Shown: positions 9,922-20,306 of the stretch, piece after piece
Numbering within the stretch: the first letter of the stretch is position 1
How the letters are laid out: each line of letters begins with the position of its first letter
From: Nitrospirota bacterium
GTDB lineage: Bacteria; Nitrospirota; UBA9217
Reading direction: 5' to 3'
Assembly (NCBI GenBank): GCA_963796285.1
Contig: CAWCKW010000012.1
Span: forward strand, 1,312,001-1,376,000
Length of the DNA: 64,000 nucleotides
The notes under the pieces: model-generated
Seen by the model: only the letters and a program-made list of their open reading frames with translations
What the model was told of the DNA's origin: nothing
Databases searched by the model: none
Position numbers and translations under genes: made by a program

Positions 9922-11634
9922 ATGAGAACAATACGCATTTCCATGGCCCAGATCAACCCTATTGTCGGCGACCTCGCGGGCAACCGCGATAAGATCATCG
10001 ACGCTATCAAGAGCGCGAAAAAGCTCGGTGCCGACATTGTCGCGCTGCCTGAGCTTGCCGTGACCGGCTATCCGCCCGAGGACCTGATCCTGAAGCCCCG
10101 GTTCGTGAAGGACAATATCAAGACGCTCACAGATATTCAGCAGGCGACGAGGGGGATCGTCGCGATCGTCGGATTCGTTGACAGCAACCACGATTGCCTC
10201 TTCAATGCCGCCGCAGTGCTGGCCAACGGAGAGCATATCTACACCTATCGCAAGATATTCCTGCCGAACTATGGGGTGTTCGATGAACACCGGTACTTCA
10301 GCCCGGGAGGACGCTATCCCGTCTTTACCGTCAAAGGCGTCGGCGTGGGCGTGAACATCTGCGAGGATATCTGGTATGAAGAAGGGCCTGCGCGCGTCCA
10401 GGCATTGGCAGGCGCCGAAGTGATCGTCAATATCAACGCGTCTCCCTACCATAAAGGCAAGGGGAAAGAGCGCCTGAAAATGCTTTCCCAACGCGCGAAA
10501 GAGAATGACATCGTCATCTCCTACACCAATACCGTAGGCGGTCAGGACGAGCTCGTATTTGACGGCCAGAGCATGGTACTGGACCGGAAAGGAAACGTGG
10601 TCGCCCTGGGGAAACAGTTCGAGGAAGACATGCTGACCGAGGACATTGCTGTCCCCGGGGACAGGATCCCGTTTCCCGAGGACCGGGAGCAGTTCAGCGA
10701 CTTCATGGACTACGTCTCCCTCTCCGGACGACCGAAAGGGAAAAAGAAGCCGCTTCCCGCCGTACGCTCGGCCAAACCACTCGCGGTGTGCGAGGAGGTG
10801 TACCGCGCCCTTGTGCTCGGGACCGGGGATTATATGCGCAAGAACGGCTTCAAGTCCGCGGTCATCGGTCTGTCGGGCGGCATCGATTCATCCCTCGTTG
10901 CAGCTGTTGCGGTGGCAGCCATGGGGAAAGAGAACGTGACCGGCGTGTTCATGCCGTCGCAGTACAGCTCGAACGAGAGCTGCGAAGACGCGTATGATCT
11001 TGCCCATAACCTCGGCATCAGGATCCTGGAGATCCCCGTCAACCAGACCTTTGAATCGTATCTGACAACGCTCCGCGGCGTCTTCGCGAGGACAAAGATA
11101 GACGTGACCGAAGAGAACCTCCAGGCCAGGATACGGGGAAACATCCTCATGGCCCTCTCGAACAAGTTCGGCTGGCTCGTGCTCACGACGGGCAACAAGA
11201 GCGAGATGTCCGTGGGTTATGCAACGCTATACGGCGACATGGCCGGCGGTTTTGCCGTGATCAAGGACGTGCCCAAGACCCTGGTCTACGAAGTGTCACG
11301 ATGCGTGAACAAGCTTGCGGGGAAGACCGTGATCCCGAAGCGGGTCATGACCAAAGCCCCGACCGCGGAACTTCGGCCGAACCAGAAGGACAGCGATTCC
11401 CTGCCTCTTTATTCCGTTCTTGACCCGATCCTGAAGGCCTATGTGGAGGATGACAAGGATCGGAACGAGATCATCAAGATGGGGTTTGACCCCAGGACCG
11501 TGGAGCGCGTGGTCCGGCTCGTGGACTCCAGTGAGTACAAGCGCCGCCAGGCGCCGCCAGGCGTCAAGATAACTCAACGGGGATTGGGAAAAGACCGAAG
11601 GTTCCCGATAACGAATAGATATAAAAGTTCTTAA
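9922..11634 (+). CDS. nadE: Glutamine-dependent NAD+ synthetase
   Basis: N-terminal nitrilase domain (PELAVTGYPPEDL, ICEDIW), GLSGGIDS, ENLQARIRG, TTGNKSE, EYKRRQ. Confidence 0.95.
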   Translation: MRTIRISMAQINPIVGDLAGNRDKIIDAIKSAKKLGADIVALPELAVTGYPPEDLILKPRFVKDNIKTLTDIQQATRGIVAIVGFVDSNHDCLFNAAAVLANGEHIYTYRKIFLPNYGVFDEHRYFSPGGRYPVFTVKGVGVGVNICEDIWYEEGPARVQALAGAEVIVNINASPYHKGKGKERLKMLSQRAKENDIVISYTNTVGGQDELVFDGQSMVLDRKGNVVALGKQFEEDMLTEDIAVPGDRIPFPEDREQFSDFMDYVSLSGRPKGKKKPLPAVRSAKPLAVCEEVYRALVLGTGDYMRKNGFKSAVIGLSGGIDSSLVAAVAVAAMGKENVTGVFMPSQYSSNESCEDAYDLAHNLGIRILEIPVNQTFESYLTTLRGVFARTKIDVTEENLQARIRGNILMALSNKFGWLVLTTGNKSEMSVGYATLYGDMAGGFAVIKDVPKTLVYEVSRCVNKLAGKTVIPKRVMTKAPTAELRPNQKDSDSLPLYSVLDPILKAYVEDDKDRNEIIKMGFDPRTVERVVRLVDSSEYKRRQAPPGVKITQRGLGKDRRFPITNRYKSS

Positions 11635-11689
11635 ATCCGGTTTCGAGAGGCGCAGAAGTCAGAGAAAAGCATAAAGCTGACTTTTCGAT

Positions 11690-12225
11690 TAGAAGCATTC
11701 TGCATAGGCGTAATGGGGAGATATCTCACGAAATAGGCTGGCAGATGTAAACGAGAAAAGCACTGGTGAATCTATGCCGACTTCGCACAAGTGCTGATCA
11801 AAATCGCCAGGGAGTTGTAAGCAAAAGAAATTTTTAGCCTGGAGTTGAAGAATACCGTCTACGCTTTCGATTAAACAACCATCGATCTCTGTCTTTCGGT
11901 TTTTCCCTGAGCAAAGGTACGCAAAGCGAAAGCTGCGGTGAAGCTTCATACGCTATTGGATCTCCAGGGTAAGAGCCCTGTTATGATCAGCATTACCAGT
12001 GGAAAAATAGGCGATGTCAGCGCGCTCGACGATCTCATCTTCGAAGCCGGGGCGATCTATATTTTCGACCGGGGTTACATCGATTTCTCCCGGCTCTATC
12101 GGATTCATCAATCTCTTGCGTTCTTCGTAACTCGCGCGAAGAGCGATTTTGTTTTCAAACGTCTCTACTCTCAACCGGTGGACAAATCGACCGGTGTACG
12201 GTCAGACCAGATCATTAACAACTAA
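11690..12225 (+). mobile_element. IS4-family transposase remnant (internal stops and frameshifts, both ends truncated)
   Basis: Fragments ISRN.LA..NE, IYADFAQVLI, TTIDLCLSVFP, KAAVKLHTLLDL.G, GAIYIFDRGYIDF, FFVTRAK, STGVRSDQ. Confidence 0.8.
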
Positions 12226-12331
12226 GGCTTTTCTTAAAAATTCTTTTCTTAGCGTACTTTGCGTCTTTGCGAGAGACGGATTTTGATTTTTAATTTTTAC
12301 GACCTTTCAGCCTCTGCGAGAGATAGGTCTC

Positions 12332-13215
12332 ATGACATCTGGTGTTCTCTACATAGTCGCCACCCCCATCGGGAACCTCGAGGACATCACCCTCAGGGCG
12401 ATCCGCGTACTGAAGGAAGCCGACCTCGTCGCCGCCGAGGACACCGTCATACCAGGCACCTGCTCGACCGGTATCAGATAGAGACACAGCTCACCAGCTA
12501 CCACGACCACAACAAGGAAGAAAAGGCCCCGGTCCTCGTTGCGAGAATGCTCGAAGGAAAGAACGTGGCCCTCGTGTCCGACGCGGGGACTCCCGGCATC
12601 TCGGACCCCGGTTATTTCCTGATCAACCTCGCCATAGACCAAAAAATTGCCGTTGTCCCCATCCCCGGGGCAACCGCTGCGATTGCCGCGCTTTCGGTCT
12701 CGGGAATACCGACCGACCGATTTGTCTTTGAAGGTTTTCTACCGGCAAAACATCTGGCCCGTCTCAAGCGTTTGCAGGAACTTGCCAAGGAAGAACGCAC
12801 CATTGTCTTTTATGAAGCGCCACACAAGATAATCAGGGCAGTCGAAGACATGGTCGAGGTCTTCGGCGATCGCCGCATCGTGATAACCCGCGAGCTGACC
12901 AAGATCCATGAAGAGACAATACGGGGAACATTTTCGGAATGCCTCAAACGCCTTCACGAGGGGACCATCAAAGGCGAGTTCACCGTCATTGTCCACGGCG
13001 CAACGACTGGGATCCTGGCACAGGATATCGACACTGCCGAGTATCTTAAAAATCTCATCCTCCACCGCGGCCTGAGCAGAAAAGAAGCTGTTTCAGTTGC
13101 GGCGGAGGAACTCGGGTTACCAAAGAAGGAAGTATATAAGGAAAGTCTGAAGCTGGAGAACACGCCCGGTGCGAATGCAAAAGGCAATGAAGAGAGAGAA
13201 GGGAAGATATCGTGA
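12332..13215 (+). CDS. rsmI: 16S rRNA C1402 2'-O-methyltransferase (frameshift near 12445)
   Basis: [43 protein letters not shown]. Confidence 0.92.
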
Positions 13216-13380
13216 GAGATCGACCGTCTCAGAGCATACACCCCGATCCCGATTACGACATTTACGAGATAAAGGCAGAGAATGGCAATGCCGAGAACGA
13301 AATGGGGAGTACGATAGGGAGAGTCAGGGCCTTTGATGTCCGTGATATTCTAAGTCGCTATCAGCAGACAACGATGGTGA

Positions 13381-13680
13381 CCCGGTGAAGAGGATGGTTA
13401 GCCAAACCCTTCCCGTATCAAGAAGGACAAGGGTGAGCCCTCCAGAATCCGAGCCCACCCAGGATCACAAGACAGGCCCCATCCTCCGGTGACGCTTGAT
13501 AGCCGGAACGGCAGCGGAGCATGTGCCCTTCTATCACGCCGAATCCTGAAGCCCGAGCCATCCCTGATACAGGAAGAGCAGCATCACGATCGAATTATCA
13601 AACACCGTGCGCCGACCGGAGATCCGCAAGCAACTGCCTGTCGATCAAAGGATATTGCATTGTTGAACCAGTAGAGCGAT
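13381..13680 (+). ncRNA. Candidate structured RNA; possibly an orphan non-coding end (bridge/seek RNA) of an IS110-family element
   Basis: Pairings 13390-13397/13479-13486, 13431-13438/13453-13460, 13497-13502/13531-13536, long-range 13410-13422/13563-13575; no credible ORF. Confidence 0.4.
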
Positions 13681-13711
13681 GTCCATCCGCTTTCGGCTGC
13701 CTTTATCCTCC

Positions 13712-14212
13712 CTATTCCACCACCTCTATCATACCCTCCATGCCCCGGTCCCTATGGCTCTTGAAGAACAAGAGTTTCTTGTCGCAATACATAGGATACT
13801 TTCCGACCTTCGTTGGAGTAAATTTGACTATTTCCGGTTTTTTAGAGTCCAGATCTACTTTAAAGTCGATACCGGCTTCCGGCGATTTCACTAACATATT
13901 GTGGGGGATGTATCCTGATTCTTTCTTGACCGTCAGTTCGACCGGTTTATTCACCTTCACCACAATGTAGTTTGGATCGAAATAGTACTCACCACCGATA
14001 ACCTCTACGCGCTGCACGCCATCGGCGTCTACGGTAGCGACCACGCGATTTACCTTCCCCTTCGCATGATCATGCTGCACTGCCTCTGCTGTCGGCGTCA
14101 TTGCCGATTTTACATCTTCTTTCATCCGTGGCGTTGCTTCATCACCAAATGCAGTGAAACCGATCGGCAACAAAAGTACCAGCGCAATTACCAAATACTT
14201 GACGACCTTCAT
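13712..14212 (-). CDS. Secreted cupredoxin-domain protein
   Basis: Signal peptide; FDPNYIVV, IPHN, YCDKKLLFFKSHRDRGMEG (H/C/H/M type-1 Cu ligands). Confidence 0.8.
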   Translation of the reverse strand: MKVVKYLVIALVLLLPIGFTAFGDEATPRMKEDVKSAMTPTAEAVQHDHAKGKVNRVVATVDADGVQRVEVIGGEYYFDPNYIVVKVNKPVELTVKKESGYIPHNMLVKSPEAGIDFKVDLDSKKPEIVKFTPTKVGKYPMYCDKKLLFFKSHRDRGMEGMIEVVE

Positions 14213-14294
14213 ATTGTTCCTCCCTAGCAAATAAAATTAAGTGCTTGTTGACTCATAGTATAGCAGCAAGTTCATCCATTTGCATTTTTCCCCA

Positions 14295-15497
14295 TCAGCA
14301 TATGGGATATTTACCTTTGCTCAGCGCCGTACAGAACCGGGAGATCGCGGCAAACTCCCGCTCAAAGACCTCCTCGGCCGGCGCGACGATCTCGCTCACC
14401 TTTCTCCCCCGCTCGAGCAGGACCTGCGCCGTGGCCACCTGCGGCCTGTTGATCGGCGTACCGATGCGGCTCAGAAGCAGGACATACACCTCTCGGATCC
14501 CCTGGATATGTTCATACAGGTTTTTTGCGATCTTGTGCGCAAGCACATTGTAGATCTTGCCGACGTGGCTCACGGGATTTTTGCCTGCCGCGGCCTCGGT
14601 GCCCATGGGCCGGTTCAGGGAAATAAGCCCGTTCACCCGGTTCCCGCGCCCCACCTGGCCGGAGTCCGCGTCTTCCGCGGATGTCCCGAGGAGGCTCAGG
14701 TACACGCCTCCGAGTCCCCGACCCTTCTCGTCAAGTGTATTATAGTTTATTCGAATGTCCTTGAACCCTCCGGACCGCATAACATAGCTATGCATCTCCT
14801 GCATGAGCATTGCTTTGGTCTCAAAATAAGCGCCTTCGGAGCGGATCGATCTGCAGATCAGCGGCATGGCAACCGTGAGGTCCAGCACCTTTCCCGTCCT
14901 CAGGCCCATCACCTTGATGTCCTCGCCGGTCTCTGGATGCCTCTGTTTGAAGCGCGGTGAATTGAGATGCCGCTCCAGCCCGAGCACGACCTGTTCACAG
15001 GGGCTGAGCGGATAATAGCCCACGGCCGCGGATGTATCATTTGCGCCTCGCACCCGGCCCGAGCGGGCAAAAATGTCCGTCAGTTCTTCCGATCCCGGAG
15101 AGAGCACAACCCGGTACTTTACATGCTTCTTCGGATCAACAAAACGCATGTTCCGCTTCAACCATGCCTGTGCCGCGTCCACGGCAATGTCAGCGACAGG
15201 GACCTTTTTCCTGCCGACGGAGAAGGTGGCCCGGTCGCCGATGGTCAGTTCCATGGGTGCCACCACCCTGCCCCCTCCGAATCTTTTCTCGACCCGGCCC
15301 GCTGCAAGCAGCCCTTTGTCGATATTGTGATGCAGGATGGTCCCGAACTCCCGCATATACTCCTTCGAGAGCTCGATGGAAATCGCCTCCATGATGGAGT
15401 CACACAGATAATCGGGATGGCCCAGGCCCTTCCGCTCCACGATCTCCACCTGGTGCTCTGCAACCGGCGTCCCCCGGTATGGCTCGATGACGATCAT
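14295..15497 (-). CDS. mat: Archaeal-type S-adenosylmethionine synthetase (methionine adenosyltransferase)
   Basis: EIVERKGLGHPDYLCD, ILHHNIDKG, ANDTS, GEDIKVMG, GTSAEDADSGQVGRGNRVNGLI, AGKNPVSHVGKIYN. Confidence 0.9.
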   Translation of the reverse strand: MIVIEPYRGTPVAEHQVEIVERKGLGHPDYLCDSIMEAISIELSKEYMREFGTILHHNIDKGLLAAGRVEKRFGGGRVVAPMELTIGDRATFSVGRKKVPVADIAVDAAQAWLKRNMRFVDPKKHVKYRVVLSPGSEELTDIFARSGRVRGANDTSAAVGYYPLSPCEQVVLGLERHLNSPRFKQRHPETGEDIKVMGLRTGKVLDLTVAMPLICRSIRSEGAYFETKAMLMQEMHSYVMRSGGFKDIRINYNTLDEKGRGLGGVYLSLLGTSAEDADSGQVGRGNRVNGLISLNRPMGTEAAAGKNPVSHVGKIYNVLAHKIAKNLYEHIQGIREVYVLLLSRIGTPINRPQVATAQVLLERGRKVSEIVAPAEEVFEREFAAISRFCTALSKGKYPIC

Positions 15498-15567
15498 GAT
15501 ATTAGTGTAGCATACTGTCGGTACCTTTAAGATTATTAACCATGAATTCTGTATGACAATTTGCAGC

Positions 15568-15596
15568 TTGACTTTAAAAGGGTAATTCTTTACCTT
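15568..15596 (+). promoter_or_regulatory. Putative sigma70 promoter of the phoB-remnant/phoR unit
   Basis: TTGACT-17 nt-TACCTT, followed by an AGGAG RBS at 15604. Confidence 0.5.
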
Positions 15597-15614
15597 AACC
15601 ACCAGGAGTCCAAA

Positions 15615-15665
15615 TTGATTGTCGATGACGAACCCGATATCGTAACTCGTCCGGCGTACACATGA
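15615..15665 (+). pseudogene. Remnant of a response regulator (probably phoB), N-terminus only
   Basis: RBS then LIVDDEPDIV, the classic receiver beta1 motif, stopping after 16 codons directly before phoR. Confidence 0.6.
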
Positions 15666-15669
15666 TAAA

Positions 15670-17409
15670 ATGAAACAAGGCATCTTCAAACGCATATTCA
15701 TCCTCTACGGCGCCATCCTCTTCCTTTCAGTGCTCATCACGGAAGTATTCGTCACCGGAGCCGTCAGAACAAGCTACATCAACACGCTGCATGACAATCT
15801 ATCGACCCAGGCGGTGCTCATCTCGCATGACGTCGCGTTTCAGTCTACCGCTCCAATGGACAGCCTCTGCCGGCAGTTGAAAGAAATAACCCGCGCTCGC
15901 GTAACGATCCTCGCCATGAACGGCAGTGTCATCGGTGATTCAGACCACGATGCAGCCACGATGGCCAATCACCGCGACCGGGTCGAGCTCCAGCAGGCGA
16001 TGCTCACGGGTTCAGGCATGGCAATCCGTAAAAGCGATACGCTGAAGTACGATCTCCTCTACGTTGCCAGCAAGATCATGCAGGGCGACAAGGCGCAGGG
16101 GTTCATCAGGCTCAGTGTGCCCCTCAAAGACGTCGATGCCGCGGTCAATCTGCTCAGGATGCAGATCGTTCTCGTGGTGAGCCTCGTTCTGCTGGCAACG
16201 GGCGTGCTTTCATTCTGGCAGGTAGACCGGCTCAGGCGGCTGACGAACCGGATAAGGGATTTTTCTTCTTCCCTCGCCCGGGGGGAACTCGGCAGACGGT
16301 TGTTCATAAGCCATGCCGGCGAATTCGACGAGATCGCCGACAGCCTCAACACCATGTCCGAGGAGTTGAAGCTCCGCATCGTGGCGAGTGAAGAGGAAAA
16401 ACACCGCTTCGATGTGGTCCTGCGAAGTATCCCGGATGCCCTGTTCATTATGGATGCACATGGCATAATTCTGCTCTCGAATCCCGCAGCCAGAAAATCG
16501 TTCGGAGAGAACGCCCTGCAGGGAAAGCCGTTTATCGAGGTCGTCCGGAACGCCGAGGTCCAGTCACTCGTAGAAAAAGTGCGGAAGGATCAGGCGGCCG
16601 GAAGCATCGAATTAAAGATCGATTCTCCGCTGGAACAATACTACGTGGTCCAGGTATCCCCCCTCTTCTATACAGAACGCGAACTGTCGGGATTTGTCGC
16701 CGTGTTCCACGACATCACCCGGCTCCAGAGGCTTGAACAGACGAGAAAGGATTTCGTTGCCAATATCTCCCATGAGATCAAGACGCCGATCACCGCGATC
16801 AGCGGATTCGCCGAGATCCTGATGGACGGGACGCTCCATGATAAAACCAACGCCGTGAAATTCATTGAGACCATCAGATCGAACAGTGAACGGATCAACA
16901 GGCTTGTGGATGACCTCATGATGATCTCGAAGATAGAACTGGGGGCCGTCACGGTGAAGAAGGGTCCCGTTCATATCGAAGAGATCATGGAGCAGGTCAT
17001 TGACACGTTGGGCGATAAGGCATCGGAAAAGGGGCTCGCCCTTACCTGGTCGATCGTTCCACCCGTGAAAGAAATCAATGCGGACAAGGACAGACTGATC
17101 CAGATACTGACCAATCTGACGGACAATGCGATAAAGTTCACGGAGAAAGGCAAGGTTGTGATTGGTGTGGCTGACGAGGATGGGAAGACCGTTCTGTTCG
17201 TGGAAGACACCGGTATCGGCATCCCGCAGAAACACCTGACAAGGCTCGGTGAACGATTCTACCGGGTGGATCCCAGTCGTTCACGGCAGATGGGCGGCAC
17301 CGGTCTCGGCCTAGCCATCGTGAAGCATCTGGTCAAAGCGCACGAATGGGATATACGGATAGTGAGTACGCCGGGAAAAGGGACGACAATCAAGATTTAT
17401 GTTCAGTAG
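15670..17409 (+). CDS. phoR: PhoR-like sensor histidine kinase (periplasmic domain, HAMP, PAS, HisKA, HATPase)
   Basis: [52 protein letters not shown]; phoU remnant downstream. Confidence 0.8.
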   Translation: MKQGIFKRIFILYGAILFLSVLITEVFVTGAVRTSYINTLHDNLSTQAVLISHDVAFQSTAPMDSLCRQLKEITRARVTILAMNGSVIGDSDHDAATMANHRDRVELQQAMLTGSGMAIRKSDTLKYDLLYVASKIMQGDKAQGFIRLSVPLKDVDAAVNLLRMQIVLVVSLVLLATGVLSFWQVDRLRRLTNRIRDFSSSLARGELGRRLFISHAGEFDEIADSLNTMSEELKLRIVASEEEKHRFDVVLRSIPDALFIMDAHGIILLSNPAARKSFGENALQGKPFIEVVRNAEVQSLVEKVRKDQAAGSIELKIDSPLEQYYVVQVSPLFYTERELSGFVAVFHDITRLQRLEQTRKDFVANISHEIKTPITAISGFAEILMDGTLHDKTNAVKFIETIRSNSERINRLVDDLMMISKIELGAVTVKKGPVHIEEIMEQVIDTLGDKASEKGLALTWSIVPPVKEINADKDRLIQILTNLTDNAIKFTEKGKVVIGVADEDGKTVLFVEDTGIGIPQKHLTRLGERFYRVDPSRSRQMGGTGLGLAIVKHLVKAHEWDIRIVSTPGKGTTIKIYVQ

Positions 17410-17517
17410 TGCCCTCTGCGATCGAGACAGGCTTTTGGAAAAATAATGGCGACGGCAAACGCAACATGCAGACACGTAGGATGATCTTCAATTCGTGGAA
17501 TGCTCCGGTAATCCTTG

Positions 17518-19446
17518 TTAAACTGTTGCCCGAACGACCGGCAAATAGACCGTGAAGGTCGTTCCCCGTCCTGGACGACTATCAACAAGCAGGTAGCCGT
17601 CGTGCTGCTCCACGATCCCGAACACGATCGCCAGACCGAGCCCGGTGCCTTTCCCGACCGCCTTTGTCGTAAAGAACGGCTCGAACATTTTTTCCTGGAT
17701 GTCCCCATCAATACCTGTGCCCGTGTCAATCACGGACAGGGCGGCATACCGGCCGGATTTCCCAATGGGCCGTAATTTGAAAAATTCCGCGGTAAGTTCT
17801 ACCACCGATGTCTTGATCGTCAATACGCCTCCGTCAGGCATGGCGTCCCTGGCGTTTGTCGCCAGGTTCATAAGCACCTGCCCGATCTGACCGCTGTCAG
17901 CCATCACGATCACCTCAACATCGGTCAGGACCGTCTTGAATTCTATCTTTTCGCCGATAAGCGGGAGCAGCAGGCTCTCCGCGCTTTTAACGATCGCATT
18001 CAGACGGGTGGGCTTCGGATCGATCAACTGTTTTCTGCTGAAGGATAGCAGGCCCCGGGTCAGATCCACCGCTCGCGATGAGGAGGTAAGAATATTTTCA
18101 AGGAACTTCCTTGACTGCGGGTCATCCTTCAATCGTTTCAATGCCAGGTTCCCATATCCAATTATGGCAGTGAGAATATTATTGAAATCGTGAGCAATGC
18201 CGCCTGCGAGGACGCCGATGGCCTCCATTTTCTGGACATGGAAAAGCTGTTTCTGAAGTTTGCCTTTTTCCACTTCGGTACGCGTCCGATCGGCGATCTC
18301 CTGTTCGAGTTCTTCGTTCATTGCCCGGAGTTGTGCGGTCCTCTCCAGGACCGTCGCCTCCAGATCTCCCTGGGACGCCTGTAATTTCACCTGGGCCATA
18401 GAAAGCCTGCGGTTCAGCCTCATGACATGCCCTGCTGTCAGTGTGGCGAAGAGCAGCATCAGTGCGGAGAGAACGATCCAGGGCCAATACTCCCGCATCA
18501 CGCGATGCAACGTGATCTTTTCGTAATCCCGGTACGGTCCCACTCGCAGTTCCTTCATGAGATCATGGACAGGCTGATAGTCGAGCGGGATGGTCCAGCC
18601 GGCGCTCCTTGATGCCTCCGCAACAGGGCCATCGGATGGCATGCTCAACAATGCGATCACGACCTTCTGGGCAAGGTCATCGGGTGTCGTCTTGATCTTT
18701 GCGAATGGCCACTCCGGATACAGCCGAGTGCTTAACGCATACGGGAAGTCTTTTTCGAGCTTCTGATTCAGGATACGAAACACAGTAGGATCGATCAGGC
18801 CGGATTCTTTCATCCTCTCAAGCGTGTCGGTGCGGACCGTCCCGGCGTCCACTGTGCCGTCGCGGACAGCGTAGACCACGGCATCATGCGTGTTCGCGAA
18901 CTCAAGTTTGTCGAAATCCCGATAGGGATCGATCCCCGCTGCTTTGAATTCACGCCACGCCGCCTGCCACCCGCCCAAAGATGTCTCCTCGACAGCCATG
19001 AAGGTTTTGCCTTTGATGTCATGGAGGTCTCGTATATCCTGCCGGTCGTCCCGGCAGAAGATGACGCCGCCGAACACCGTTAACCTGTTCGAATCCCGTT
19101 TGTTCTTCAGCGTTGCGATCCTGCTTACGCCATACGTGGACTCAAGCTCAACATAGAAGGAGGTGTTCGTCACAACAAAGGCAATGTCGCCGTTGCCGAC
19201 AGCAGGTCCCATTTCATGGAAATCGAGGGGAACAATGGTGAAGGTATAGCCGGGGATGCGGCGGGTGAGGTATTGCGCGGTCGGAGACCACATTTTCATT
19301 GCCTGATCCTTGCCCCGGTAAGCAAGGACACCAATCCTGACCATGTCATTCTGCCCGTACACAACCGGCGACAGGAAGAGGCTCGCGATAAGGACCGCGG
19401 AGAATGCCAGAAGCGATATGCGGGATTTTTTTTTCTGAAGAATCAT
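17518..19446 (-). CDS. Sensor histidine kinase with a periplasmic PhnD/phosphonate-binding-type domain (TtrS-like)
   Basis: [45 protein letters not shown]; TM; AHDFNN H-box; no receiver. Confidence 0.8.
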   Translation of the reverse strand: MILQKKKSRISLLAFSAVLIASLFLSPVVYGQNDMVRIGVLAYRGKDQAMKMWSPTAQYLTRRIPGYTFTIVPLDFHEMGPAVGNGDIAFVVTNTSFYVELESTYGVSRIATLKNKRDSNRLTVFGGVIFCRDDRQDIRDLHDIKGKTFMAVEETSLGGWQAAWREFKAAGIDPYRDFDKLEFANTHDAVVYAVRDGTVDAGTVRTDTLERMKESGLIDPTVFRILNQKLEKDFPYALSTRLYPEWPFAKIKTTPDDLAQKVVIALLSMPSDGPVAEASRSAGWTIPLDYQPVHDLMKELRVGPYRDYEKITLHRVMREYWPWIVLSALMLLFATLTAGHVMRLNRRLSMAQVKLQASQGDLEATVLERTAQLRAMNEELEQEIADRTRTEVEKGKLQKQLFHVQKMEAIGVLAGGIAHDFNNILTAIIGYGNLALKRLKDDPQSRKFLENILTSSSRAVDLTRGLLSFSRKQLIDPKPTRLNAIVKSAESLLLPLIGEKIEFKTVLTDVEVIVMADSGQIGQVLMNLATNARDAMPDGGVLTIKTSVVELTAEFFKLRPIGKSGRYAALSVIDTGTGIDGDIQEKMFEPFFTTKAVGKGTGLGLAIVFGIVEQHDGYLLVDSRPGRGTTFTVYLPVVRATV

Positions 19447-19600
19447 ACGTTCAGGAATTACGGTCCAATCGGGGTAAAACAATGTTTTCGAGCCGGATGT
19501 TCGGTTAAATCTATACCATTCATCAGCACTTGTCAATCGCTGTTACAGTCACAGTCTATGAGCCATTGAATCGCGAAAGATCCAAAACCCGGCCAGATCC

Positions 19601-19993
19601 TTGTTGCCGCGTATCGTCGAGCGCGCCATGGAGCTGCTCGATGAACCGCCGCTCAAACCCTATATCGACATCCCGCGCATGGCTGAAGCAGCCCAGAAAA
19701 TGCTCAAGGAAAGCCTTGATGCCTTTGTGTCGCAGGACGCTGACCATGCCATGAACGTCTGCGAGGCGGATGATTTCGTGGACAACCTGAACGTGCAGAT
19801 ATTCAACGAACTGCTCGTATATATGCTCCAGGACCCGAAAAACATTTCCCGCGCCGTGCGCCTGACATACATTGCAAAGTACCTGGAGCGTATTGGGGAC
19901 CATGCCACCAACATTGCCGAGATGGTTGTGTATCTGGTCAAGGGAAAGGTCATCCGTCACATGGCTTGCGAGACCATACGCAAAATACGATGA
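19601..19993 (+). pseudogene. phoU: Phosphate signalling protein PhoU, C-terminal half only
   Basis: PPLKPYIDIPRMA, DDFVDNL, KYLERIGDHATNIAEMVVY; the first PhoU repeat is missing. Confidence 0.8.
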
Positions 19994-20104
19994 AACACTT
20001 AGGTGCGCTTCTCCACACATCCGACGCCGCTGTCCAAACCGTCCCGATCAGCGTTGTTACGCAGCCCGAGCGCCTGTAACTCCTTGAGTGAAAAGATAAA
20101 ATGT

Positions 20105-20133
20105 TTGACAAACCCCGCCGCACGATGTAGAAT
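20105..20133 (+). promoter_or_regulatory. sigma70 promoter of the arn operon
   Basis: TTGACA-17 nt-TAGAAT. Confidence 0.7.
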
Positions 20134-20306
20134 CAATTTCCGTAATTTCCGCTTATTGGGCCGGAACGGGGGTAACCAGAATGCTTTCCCCCGGACACCT
20201 TCACGCCGTTAGACAAGACAATGATGAACACCATTTTTACAATCAATACAAAACCTTGTTCTTTGGCGGAGTACACGTCCATTTCTATGAGAAGTGAACT
20301 GCATAC

